Source: an uncultured Actinomycetota bacterium (GTDB lineage Bacteria; Actinomycetota; Nitriliruptoria; Euzebyales; Egibacteraceae). Taken from it: a DNA stretch of 55,033 bases. Below are positions 23,375-32,386 of this stretch, piece by piece. Under the pieces are notes generated by a model. The model was not told where the DNA came from and made no database searches. It saw only the letters and a list, made by a program, of their open reading frames with translations. Position 1 is the first letter of the stretch; the number at the start of each line of letters is the position of its first letter. Made by a program: the position numbers and the translations under genes. The stretch covers positions 1 to 55,033 of the forward strand of contig CAZVUW010000009.1 in assembly GCA_964629825.1 (NCBI GenBank), in the 5' to 3' direction.

Positions 23375-25013
23375 TCACTCCGTGAACGGCGAGCAGACGC
23401 AACCGCCCGTGTCCGAGCCGGTGGCCGTGTCGGAGAACGACGACGCCTTCGACGGGCACGCGCCTTCTGTGGTGATCGACGACGTCCACCTCACCTACCG
23501 GGTCTACGAGGACGTCAAGCCGACGCTGCGCAAGCTCGTCGCCCGAGGGTTCAAGCCGCGTCCCTACCGCGCTATCGAGGCGGTCCGCGGCGTCAGCCTC
23601 ACCGCCTATCCCGGCGATGCCGTCGCAATCGTGGGGGCGAACGGGTCGGGCAAGAGCACGCTGCTGAAGGTCGTCGCCGGGCTGATCCCGCCGACCAAGG
23701 GGGCCGTGTACGCGGGCTCTGTGCCCGTCCTTCTCGGCGTGAACGCCGCGCTTCAGCCCGAGCTCTCGGGCCGCCGCAACATCATCCTCGGCGGTACCGC
23801 TCTGGGGCTGTCGCGCAAAGAGGTGGACCAGCGCATCGATGAGATCATCGAGTTCTCCGAGCTGGGCGACTTCATCGACATGCCGCTGCGGGCGTACTCC
23901 TCTGGCATGAGAGCACGACTGCAGTTCTCCATCGCCACCGCCGTGCATCCGGACGTCCTGCTCATCGACGAGTCGCTGGCGGTGGGCGACGCAGCATTCC
24001 GTCGCAAGTGCGAGATCCGCATCCAAGAGATGCTGGGCGCGGCGGGCACCGTGTTCCTGGTCAGCCACAGCCTCGGAATCGTCAGGGAGCTGTGCTCTCG
24101 GACCGTGTGGATGGACCACGGGGCCGTCTTGGCGGACGGCCCGACGGAGGAGGTGCTCCCCCGCTACGAGGAAGCCATGGGTGTCCCAGCGGAGCGGATC
24201 CGCAAGCCGGGCGCCGCCCCTGCAAAGCGGGAGGAGCCGAAGCCTGCGGCCGAGGGGACGGTGGAGCAGCCCCCTCCGCTGCCCCTGCTCGGCGATCCGG
24301 ACGAGCTGCTGTACGTCGCCACGCCACCACGCGGGGGTGCCGTCCCACTGGCGCGTGCGCTGAACCGCGATCCTGACCTGGCGGTGTTCCGTCTGCCGGG
24401 GCTGGCCAACGACCGCTTCGAGGTTCGCGCCGATGACAAGGAGCGCTGGGACGGCCGCAACGTGGACCTCGTCGGCTTCGCCCGTGAGCACGCAGGTCCC
24501 CGTCTTCTCGCTCGATTCCGCGAGGAGCTGCAGCCCGAGCTGCTGCGCCACGTCCGCCAGGTTGGGGTCGCTGAGAACACCCATGACGGCTGGCGCCGCT
24601 ATCTGCGTCAGTTCCCCAAGCTGCGGGCCGTGATCGTGGCGCGAGATCCCCGAGACGTGTACCTGGAGCTGACCCGCGCGGTTGCCGAGGACCCCCGGTT
24701 GTGGGTGGGGCCTCTCACGGTTCAGTCCTTCGCAAACCGCGCCGTACCGCAGTACCAGCACCTTCAGGAGATCGAGGAGTCGGTTCCGACGCTGCGGGTC
24801 TCCTACGACGAGCTCCTCACCGCGCCGGGCGAGGTCGTTCGCGCGGTGCGTGAGCTGGTGGGCATGCCAGGGCCGGCCCCGGACGGGATCCAGATCGCCG
24901 CCGAAGCTCAGCGCTCATGGCGAGAGGAGACGGACGCGCAGCTCCGTGACGAGCTCGAGATGATCGGGCGCCTGTTCGCTGGAGTCATCGAGGACTGGGG
25001 CTTCGACCAGTGA
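23346..25013 (+). CDS. wzt: Polysaccharide ABC exporter ATP-binding protein (Wzt/TagH family) with ~240-aa C-terminal sulfotransferase-fold-like domain
   Basis: Walker A is GANGSGKST, the signature is YSSGMRARL and Walker B is VLLIDESLAVGD. The C-terminal domain (from ~24297) carries YVATPPRGGAVPL, IVARDPRDVYLE and LRVSYDELLTAPGEVVRAVRELVGMP. The start is uncertain (GTG 23346, ATG 23358 or GTG 23382). Confidence 0.85.
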   Translation: MKATMGAATDHSVNGEQTQPPVSEPVAVSENDDAFDGHAPSVVIDDVHLTYRVYEDVKPTLRKLVARGFKPRPYRAIEAVRGVSLTAYPGDAVAIVGANGSGKSTLLKVVAGLIPPTKGAVYAGSVPVLLGVNAALQPELSGRRNIILGGTALGLSRKEVDQRIDEIIEFSELGDFIDMPLRAYSSGMRARLQFSIATAVHPDVLLIDESLAVGDAAFRRKCEIRIQEMLGAAGTVFLVSHSLGIVRELCSRTVWMDHGAVLADGPTEEVLPRYEEAMGVPAERIRKPGAAPAKREEPKPAAEGTVEQPPPLPLLGDPDELLYVATPPRGGAVPLARALNRDPDLAVFRLPGLANDRFEVRADDKERWDGRNVDLVGFAREHAGPRLLARFREELQPELLRHVRQVGVAENTHDGWRRYLRQFPKLRAVIVARDPRDVYLELTRAVAEDPRLWVGPLTVQSFANRAVPQYQHLQEIEESVPTLRVSYDELLTAPGEVVRAVRELVGMPGPAPDGIQIAAEAQRSWREETDAQLRDELEMIGRLFAGVIEDWGFDQ

Positions 25014-28000
25014 GCGACCACAACGACCTGGTCGAGCATCTCCGCCGGCTCGAGACGGCGCTGGTCGCAAACGAGCGGAGGCGGTTGGAGCTCGAAGGAC
25101 AGCTCCGCGCCACCGACTCCGAGCGAGTCGAGGCGCAGGAGCGTGTGCATGCGCTGCAGGGTGAAGTCGAGGAGCTGACCGACCTGTTGCGCAAGCTGCG
25201 GCGCGAGGTCTCGTCGCTCCTTGAGTCCAATCGCTGGCGGCTCGGAAGCCGCATCGGCGACACCATCGAGCGCGTTGCTCGCAAGCCGGGTAGAGAGAAG
25301 GCGACCGAGCGCATCGACCGTCTTTTCGAGCGCTTCGACCGCCTGGGTGAGGCCAAGGTCTCCACGCCGTCGCCTGAGGTGTCTCAGAGCGAGGACGACC
25401 ATCGTTGGGGGTTGTCTGCCGAGGCCGACATGGCCCACCGGCTGAGCCTCTACCAGCGCTACGTAGCGGAGATCGAGGAGCCGCCCGCGAAGGTTGAGGA
25501 CCCGCCGACGGTCCGAGCGGTCGTGCTTGCGAAGTGGGGAGATGTCGACTCTCCGGGGACGCTCCCCGGAGTCATGCGGTCCGTACGTTCGGCAATGGCC
25601 GCCGGTGCTGGAGCGACGGTGATCGTTCCCGCTGCGGCTTCTGCGCTCCGCCGCGGCCTGCCGTCTGGGATGGACCTGGTAATCCAAGAGCCCTCGACTC
25701 TTCTGGGCGAGGTGCTTGCGCGGACGGCGAAGGGGTGGGACGAGGACTTCACCGTCTTCCTGGCGCCGGGCGACACGCTTTCCGGCGACCTGCGCGATGG
25801 TGTCGCGCCAGCGCTGGTCGATGCCTCCCCTGCCGCGATCGTGGTCGATGACGATCGGATGCACGCCGATGGCCGCCGAGACGATCCCCGGCTGAAGCCG
25901 GGATTTCAGCCCGACCTGCTTCTCGAGCACGACTACATCGGCAACGGCGCCCTGGTTTCGACCGATGTCCTGCGGGGTCTGACTGAACCGCTCGAGGAGA
26001 GCCGCGACCTCGTGCGGGGGATTCTCCTGAGCCTCCATGAGCATGGCCGCACGATCGCCAAGGTGGATGCGGTGCTTCTCCACCGGGCCGCCGCGGCCGA
26101 TGACTGCCGGGCGGCACCCGCCGACCAGCTCCGCTTCGTAGAGCAGAGGCTGGATCGTCGCGGCCTGACGCAACGTGCGGACATCAAGGTCAGGCCGACC
26201 GGCGTCCGAGTCCGCTTCCGCGTGCCGGACGAGCCGCTGGTGTCGATCATCATCCCGTTCCGTGACCGGGTCGACCTGCTGCGCGATTGCCTGGACAGCA
26301 TCCGACGGCTGACGACCTACCCGCGCTACGAGCTGGTGCTCGTCGACAACGGCAGCACAGAGCCGGAGACGGCCGAGTACCTCCGCGGTCTGGCCGGTGA
26401 CGAGCGGATCCGGGTTCTGCGCGACGACGGCCCCTTCAACTACTCGCGAATCAACAACGAGGCCGCAGCGCAGGCGCGCGGTCGCTTCCTGGTGTTCCTC
26501 AACAACGACACCCGGGTGCTGTCTCCGGAGTGGCTCGAGGACCTCACCGGCCTGGCTGACCTCGACGGCGTCGGCACGGTCGGGGCGCATCTGCACTTCG
26601 GGGACGGGCGCATTCAGCACGCGGGCGTCGTCATCGGTGTCCAGGGGTTCGCGACGCACCTCTTCGCGGGCGCGCACGCACCCTTCCTCCCGGCGGAGAT
26701 GATCGAGCACACCCGCAACTGCTCGGCGGTGACAGGCGCGTGCATGGCTGTGCGCGCCGACCGCTTCCGCGACGTCGGCGGCTTCGACGAGGAGTTCATC
26801 GTCACCGGGAGCGACGTGGAGCTGGGACTGCGCTTCCTCCGCAACGGCTACCGCAACGTCGTCACGCCCCGGGTGCGGTTATTCCACTACGAGAAGCAGT
26901 CGCGCGCAGGCATCGCTGTCAACCCGATCGACGTCCGCCGCTCCCTGCGCCTCTACCAGCCCTACCTGCGCGAGGGCGACCCGTTCTGGAACCGTGCCCT
27001 CTCCCGGCGCTCGCCGCTCATGCTGCCCCGGACGGGTCCGGAGCCTAGCTACCTCGACTTCCTCGAAGAGGTGAACGACCGGCTGGAGACCACGGCGCGC
27101 ACGGCAGGAGACCGAGCGATTGCCAAGTACCTGGCCCGTTGGGATGCCTCAGCTCGGGACCTGGCCGGGAACGCCGCCGTCCTTGCGGCCGCGCCGGGCC
27201 GGCGACCGATAGCGCTGCGATCGGCGACGTGGTTCGTCCCCACCTTCGACAACGCCTACCGCGGCGGGATTCACACCATCCTGCGGGTCGCCGACTTCTT
27301 CAGCCGCGAGCATGGGACTCTGAACCGCATCGTCTTGTACGACCGCTATGCGATCGACCTCGACCGGATCGAAGGGCTGATCCGGCAGGCGTTCCCCACG
27401 CTGCGGATGGAGCTGCACACCCTGGCCCCCGGGGATGACGAGGCAAGTCTTCCGTCCAGCGACGTGGGCATCTGCACCCTGTGGAACTCGGCGTATCACC
27501 TGCTCCGCTACAACCAGTGCGGGGCGAAGTTCTACTTCGTCCAGGACTACGAGCCCGTGTTCCACAGCGGCAACGCGCTGGCCGGGCTCGTCGAGCAGAC
27601 CTACCGCTTCGGCTTCCCCGGAATCGCCAACACCGAGGGGGTCGCCGAGGCCTACCGCGCCTACGGCAACGAGGCGCTCGCCTTCACACCGGGCGTGGAC
27701 CGCAACCTCTACCACCCTGCCGAGCGCTCCCGGAGCGGCAGCCCCGTCCGCATCGTGTTCTACGGGCGCCCGCGCAACGCGCGCAACGGCTTCGAGCTGG
27801 GCGCGCAGGCACTCCGGCAGATCAAGCAGCGCTACGGCAACGCGGTAGAGATCGTCTCGGCCGGAGGGGTCTTCAACCCGTCCGAGCACGGGCTCGACGG
27901 GGTGCTTGACAACCTCGGCGTGCTTCCGAACAGCGCAGAGGTTGCCGAGCTGTACCGCGGCTGCGACATCGGCCTGGTGTTCATGTACTCGAAGCACCCC

Positions 28001-28267
28001 TCCTACCAGCCGCTTGAGTACATGGCGTCCGGCTGCGCGACGGTCACGAACTTCAACGAGGCGAACCTGTGGCTGCTGGAGGACCGCCGCAACTGCCTCC
28101 TGGCGATGCCTACGGTGAGCGGAGTGGTCGACGCGATCTCCGCGCTGATCGAGGATCCGGCGCTGCGACAGCACATCGTCAAGGGCGGTCTGGGGACCGT
28201 CGCAGAGCTCGATTGGGAGCCGCAGCTGCGTCGCATCTCCCGGTTCGTGAGGGAGGGCGCCGCCTGA
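25010..28267 (+). CDS. 1085-aa multidomain glycosyltransferase: N-terminal coiled coil, degenerate GT-A-like region, GT2 module, C-terminal GT4-like module
   Basis: GTGA overlap with wzt. The coiled coil spans aa 1-110 and ends in NRWRLGSRIG. The GT2 motifs are VSIIIPFRDR, LVLVDNGSTEPE, FLNNDT, TGACMAVRAD and GSDVELGLR. The GT-B motifs are VRIVFYGRPRNARNGFELG and HPSYQPLEYMASGCATVTN. Confidence 0.75.
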   Translation: MSDHNDLVEHLRRLETALVANERRRLELEGQLRATDSERVEAQERVHALQGEVEELTDLLRKLRREVSSLLESNRWRLGSRIGDTIERVARKPGREKATERIDRLFERFDRLGEAKVSTPSPEVSQSEDDHRWGLSAEADMAHRLSLYQRYVAEIEEPPAKVEDPPTVRAVVLAKWGDVDSPGTLPGVMRSVRSAMAAGAGATVIVPAAASALRRGLPSGMDLVIQEPSTLLGEVLARTAKGWDEDFTVFLAPGDTLSGDLRDGVAPALVDASPAAIVVDDDRMHADGRRDDPRLKPGFQPDLLLEHDYIGNGALVSTDVLRGLTEPLEESRDLVRGILLSLHEHGRTIAKVDAVLLHRAAAADDCRAAPADQLRFVEQRLDRRGLTQRADIKVRPTGVRVRFRVPDEPLVSIIIPFRDRVDLLRDCLDSIRRLTTYPRYELVLVDNGSTEPETAEYLRGLAGDERIRVLRDDGPFNYSRINNEAAAQARGRFLVFLNNDTRVLSPEWLEDLTGLADLDGVGTVGAHLHFGDGRIQHAGVVIGVQGFATHLFAGAHAPFLPAEMIEHTRNCSAVTGACMAVRADRFRDVGGFDEEFIVTGSDVELGLRFLRNGYRNVVTPRVRLFHYEKQSRAGIAVNPIDVRRSLRLYQPYLREGDPFWNRALSRRSPLMLPRTGPEPSYLDFLEEVNDRLETTARTAGDRAIAKYLARWDASARDLAGNAAVLAAAPGRRPIALRSATWFVPTFDNAYRGGIHTILRVADFFSREHGTLNRIVLYDRYAIDLDRIEGLIRQAFPTLRMELHTLAPGDDEASLPSSDVGICTLWNSAYHLLRYNQCGAKFYFVQDYEPVFHSGNALAGLVEQTYRFGFPGIANTEGVAEAYRAYGNEALAFTPGVDRNLYHPAERSRSGSPVRIVFYGRPRNARNGFELGAQALRQIKQRYGNAVEIVSAGGVFNPSEHGLDGVLDNLGVLPNSAEVAELYRGCDIGLVFMYSKHPSYQPLEYMASGCATVTNFNEANLWLLEDRRNCLLAMPTVSGVVDAISALIEDPALRQHIVKGGLGTVAELDWEPQLRRISRFVREGAA

Positions 28268-28268
28268 C

Positions 28269-29096
28269 ATGGCCGTTCCGAACGTGGACGTCATCATCCC
28301 GGTCTACAACTCCCTGCACGTCGTGCGACCGTGTGTCGAGAGCGTCCTCCGCGGCAGCAGCGACTACCGGCTGCTGCTGGTCGACGACGGTTCGGACCGT
28401 CACACGGCCGCCCAGCTCGCGGAGTGGGCGACGGCCTCGCCGCAGGTAGAGCTGCTCACGAACCCCCGCAACCTCGGGTTCGTGCGCACCTGCAACCGCG
28501 CCTTCGCCTCAACCGAAGGCGAGATCGTGGTCGTGCTCAACAGCGACACGGCGGTTCCGCCGGGTTGGCTCGACAAGGTCAGGGCCTGCTTCGCCAGCGA
28601 TCCCCGAATCGGTGTCGCCAGCCCGGTGAGCAACTTCGCACCGCACATGCGTGTGGATCCGCTCCCAGGCAGCGACTACCTCCAGATGGCCGCCGTGATT
28701 GAGTCGCTCGGCCCGGCGACATACCCCGACATCACCACGCCCGAGGGCTTCTGCTTCGCCATCAGTCGACGCTGCCTTGACCTTCTCGAGGGCTTCGATG
28801 AGGTGTTCGACGATGGCTACGGGGAGGAGTCGGACTTCTCGATGCGCGCCAACTACCACGGGTTCCGCACAGTCCTGATCGATGATCTGTACGTCTTCCA
28901 CCGCGGTAGGGCGACCTTCGGAGTCGAGCTGCGAGACCGTCTCTACAACCGGAACAAGAAGGTCTTCCATGATCGATGGGGCCAGCGCTACCCGCAGGAC
29001 TTCCAGGCCTTCATGACACGTGACCCCCTGGCGCGAGTGCGGGAGGGCCTGAACGGCCTCCGGAGCCCCGAGCTGGAGCCGGTCTACCGCCGATGA
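28269..29096 (+). CDS. Glycosyltransferase family 2
   Basis: Motifs seen: VDVIIPVYNSLHVVRPCVESV, LLLVDDGSD, NPRNLGFVRTCN, VLNSDT and GEESDFSMRA. Confidence 0.8.
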   Translation: MAVPNVDVIIPVYNSLHVVRPCVESVLRGSSDYRLLLVDDGSDRHTAAQLAEWATASPQVELLTNPRNLGFVRTCNRAFASTEGEIVVVLNSDTAVPPGWLDKVRACFASDPRIGVASPVSNFAPHMRVDPLPGSDYLQMAAVIESLGPATYPDITTPEGFCFAISRRCLDLLEGFDEVFDDGYGEESDFSMRANYHGFRTVLIDDLYVFHRGRATFGVELRDRLYNRNKKVFHDRWGQRYPQDFQAFMTRDPLARVREGLNGLRSPELEPVYRR

Positions 29097-30202
29097 GCAT
29101 CTCCGCGCCACGCCTGCTGCCAGCGTCCGATCCCGCCATCGTCTGGCGGGCGCCTGAACATCTCAGGATCTGCTGCGTCCTGCCCACGATGAACCCGTAC
29201 GGCGGCGTCATCTCGGTGGTCAACATCGCCGAGCAGTGGCTCGAGCTGGGCCATCAGGTGACGATCGTGTGCCTGTCGCGCGGTCTCCCCGATCTGCTCT
29301 CGTCGCGCATCGAGCCGCTGCACATCCGCGACTGGTCGCGCATCCCTGAGCTGGTCGAGGGCGACTTCGACGTTCTCCTGGCAACCTCATGGGAGACCGT
29401 CGCTCCGGTCACGGAGATGGCCAGGCGGCGCCCCGGCAGCGTGCCGTTCTACTTCGTGCAGGACATCGAGAGCCGCCTCATCCCCGCGTCCGAGCCAGAG
29501 CGGCAGCGTGCGGCAGATGCCACCTATGCGGCCATCGAACACCGCGTGGTCAAGACCGCATACCTTCAGCGCGAGCTGGCCGCGCTGGGGTACGCCGCCG
29601 AGCGGATCACGCCAGGGATGAACCTCGACATGTTCTATCCGCGCGATGTTGCGCCCTCGGCACCGCGGATCCTGGCGATGGCCAGACCCGATGCGCCGCA
29701 GGATCACCGCGGCTACTCGGTGCTGGTAGACGTCTGCGCACGCCTCGCGTCGCGACGCCCTGAGGTGGAGCTGGCGCTCTTCGGCGCACGCGAGCTGCCG
29801 CCCCTGCCGTTCCCGCACACGAACCTCGGACTGGTGCCCCCCGCGAAGCTGCCGGAGCTGTACTCCGCAGCGACCGTCTACCTGGACGTCAGCCGCCAGC
29901 ACGGCTTTGGGCGCACCGGCGTGGAGGCGATGGCCTGCGGGACGCCCTGCGTCCTCTCGGACAGCGGTGGGATCTCGGACTACGCCATGGACGGCGAGAA
30001 CGCCCTGGTCGTGCCCGTCGCCGATGTAGATGCGACGGTGGCTGCGGTCGAGCGGCTGCTCGACGATCCGACGCTCGCCGAGCGGCTGCGCGAACGCGGT
30101 CTCGCCACCGTCCGCTCCTTCACCGACCGCGCCGCCGCCGAGGAGCTGCTGACGCTGTTCGAAGAGGCGCTCCACGCGCAGCGCTCCAGCGCCCAGGCCT
30201 GA
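29093..30202 (+). CDS. Glycosyltransferase family 4 (GT-B)
   Basis: ATGA overlap with the upstream GT2. Motifs seen: ICCVLPTMNPYGGVISV and HGFGRTGVEAMACGTPCVLSDSGGISDY. Confidence 0.8.
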   Translation: MSISAPRLLPASDPAIVWRAPEHLRICCVLPTMNPYGGVISVVNIAEQWLELGHQVTIVCLSRGLPDLLSSRIEPLHIRDWSRIPELVEGDFDVLLATSWETVAPVTEMARRRPGSVPFYFVQDIESRLIPASEPERQRAADATYAAIEHRVVKTAYLQRELAALGYAAERITPGMNLDMFYPRDVAPSAPRILAMARPDAPQDHRGYSVLVDVCARLASRRPEVELALFGARELPPLPFPHTNLGLVPPAKLPELYSAATVYLDVSRQHGFGRTGVEAMACGTPCVLSDSGGISDYAMDGENALVVPVADVDATVAAVERLLDDPTLAERLRERGLATVRSFTDRAAAEELLTLFEEALHAQRSSAQA

Positions 30203-30219
30203 CCTCCGGCCGCCAGGCT

Positions 30220-32292
30220 TCAGGCGCCAGACGGCTTCGCGGCGGCCTCGCGCGCTGCCTGGAGCGCCATGATGTTGGTCCACTCCTCCGACGTGCGCAT
30301 CGCCTTGAACAGGTTGGCGTCGGTGTCGCGGAGGTCGTACGTGGCGCGCTGGTGAAAGTGGTACAGCTTCGACTCCGCGGTGTAGATGATCCGCAGGCCG
30401 GCATGGGACCGCACCGCATCGCAGTAGACGCGGTCGGAGCGATAATGCGGCGCGTTGACGTGATCGAGCGGGCCGCAGAGATCGAGCGCCTTACGTGTCA
30501 CAAGCACGCAGAAGAAGGGCGCGTAGGTCAGCTCAACCCAGCCGCGAGCGACGTCAAAGTTCGGATCGATAACGTTGCGGTGGTGCGCGCTGAGATTGCT
30601 GTCGCACTCCCGGGTCGGATCAGATCCGGGCACGTGCGTCCTGATGGTGGATGTGTCGGGTGGCAGCACCTGGCGCGGCGCCACGATCCCTACGTCATCG
30701 CGCTCCACCGTGACGCGTTGCAGCCCCTCCAGCCAGCCAGGCGTGGCGAGGGCGTCGTTGTTCATGATCACGATGTCATGCTCGGGATGGGCCAGCGCGA
30801 TGCCCTGGTTGACCGCATAGGTGAAGCCGTAGTTGACGTCGTTGCGAACCACCGTGACGCCGTCCTGCCCGTCGAGCTCGTCCAGATGCTCCTGGACCTC
30901 CTCACCGGAGGCGTTGTCGACGATCACGAGGTGCGTGCCCGGAGGTGAGAAGCGCCGAATCGAGGCGGTGCAGGCGCGTAGGAACGGCGCCGCCTCATAG
31001 CTGGGTATGACGATGGTCACCCCAGGGGCGCCGTTCACAGGCTCAGGCTGTCCGGCGTTGCAGAAGGCGATGTCAAGCAGGTCTGCCACATCGGAGCTGG
31101 CGGGGACGTCCGACAGCAGCGGCCCCAGCTCCCTGCCCTCGCGCAAGCGACGCCGGATCAGCTCGAGGTGGACGGCGCGACTCTCCCCGCGCGAGACGTT
31201 GGACGCCGATTCCGACTGGTCATACGTCGACAGGATCACCGGGACGGCGATCGGCGGGGAGGCCGCGCTGAGGCGGAGGAAGAACTCCCAGTCGACGTAG
31301 CGACGCATCCCTTCGTCCAGCAGCCCGACCTCGTCGAGGAGAGAGCGACGATGCAGCACCGAGATCATGGAGATGAAGTTGTTGTTCTCCAGAAGTCCGC
31401 GGTGAAAAGGTGCGAAGCGGATGATGTTCTGACGCTCGCTCTCACCCTCGGCGAGTGGTCTCAGCACCAGCTGCGCGGAGTATCCGAACGAAGCCCCCGC
31501 CCGCTTGAGCTCGCCGAGCAGGATGCGAACGAAGTGCTCGTCCCAGACGTCGTCGCTGTCCAGGTAGCCGACCCAGGCGCCGCGCGCGGCGCGAAGGCCG
31601 GTGTTGCGTGCGTGGGCGTTGCCGCCGTTCTCCCGGCGACGGATATAGGTGACACGCGGGTCATCGATGGCCTTCACCACGGCCTCGGTCCCGTCGAGGC
31701 TCGCGTCGTCGACGACGATGACCTCGATGTTCTCGTACGACTGCGCCAGAGCGGAACGCACAGCCTGCTCGATCACGCCTGCGCGCTCGAAGGTCGGGAT
31801 GATGATCGAGACGAGCTCGTCCTGGGGGAGATCCCTGTGCTCCTGCGCGAGCCGATCCTTGAGGTAGGCCATGTAGGCGAGGATGCGACGATCCTCCTCG
31901 CTGAAGGGTGAGCGGATCAGGTTGGGATCCGTCGTCGCCAGGGCGAGGTACTCCTCGAAGGTCCGGAAGCGGGGCTCCTTGGCCGCCTTGGGCTTAGCGC
32001 GCTTCTTTGGGGTAGGCGCTGGCGGCGAGGGGGTTCCGCTTCCCGAGCCGAGCAGCGGCAGCTGGGCCAGCGGATCATCGGCCGACACGTCCTGCACCCA
32101 GTGCCACTCGAACCCATAGCGGCGGAACAGCCCCGCGTCGGGGACCTCCACACGCCAGCCGCCCACGCACTGGTAGACCCGGCGTCCGCCGTCGATGCGG
32201 ATCAGCACCACCCCGGGAGGCGGCTCCGACGGCTTGGGCTGCTCGGGGGCGGGGGCGGCACCCGACCACCGGGGTCCACGCAGGGAGGGCAT
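30220..32292 (-). CDS. Tandem double GT2 glycosyltransferase with ~110-aa unique N-terminal region
   Basis: ATG 32292 follows AAGGAG. Module 1 carries VSIIIPTFERAGVIEQAV, VIVVDDASLDGT, NGGNAHARNTGL and LDSDD. Module 2 carries VTIVIPSYEAAPFLRAC, LVIVDNASGEE, NYGFTYAVNQG and MNNDA. I trimmed the 812-aa track ORF. Confidence 0.8.
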   Translation of the reverse strand: MPSLRGPRWSGAAPAPEQPKPSEPPPGVVLIRIDGGRRVYQCVGGWRVEVPDAGLFRRYGFEWHWVQDVSADDPLAQLPLLGSGSGTPSPPAPTPKKRAKPKAAKEPRFRTFEEYLALATTDPNLIRSPFSEEDRRILAYMAYLKDRLAQEHRDLPQDELVSIIIPTFERAGVIEQAVRSALAQSYENIEVIVVDDASLDGTEAVVKAIDDPRVTYIRRRENGGNAHARNTGLRAARGAWVGYLDSDDVWDEHFVRILLGELKRAGASFGYSAQLVLRPLAEGESERQNIIRFAPFHRGLLENNNFISMISVLHRRSLLDEVGLLDEGMRRYVDWEFFLRLSAASPPIAVPVILSTYDQSESASNVSRGESRAVHLELIRRRLREGRELGPLLSDVPASSDVADLLDIAFCNAGQPEPVNGAPGVTIVIPSYEAAPFLRACTASIRRFSPPGTHLVIVDNASGEEVQEHLDELDGQDGVTVVRNDVNYGFTYAVNQGIALAHPEHDIVIMNNDALATPGWLEGLQRVTVERDDVGIVAPRQVLPPDTSTIRTHVPGSDPTRECDSNLSAHHRNVIDPNFDVARGWVELTYAPFFCVLVTRKALDLCGPLDHVNAPHYRSDRVYCDAVRSHAGLRIIYTAESKLYHFHQRATYDLRDTDANLFKAMRTSEEWTNIMALQAAREAAAKPSGA

Positions 32293-32386
32293 GTCCAGCT
32301 GAGCTCCTTGGGCCGCGGGACGGCAGGTGGGGGTTCTCGGGCAGCCGGTCGTCAGCGCCGCGCGGTCGCGTCCCGTCGTGGAGGAT

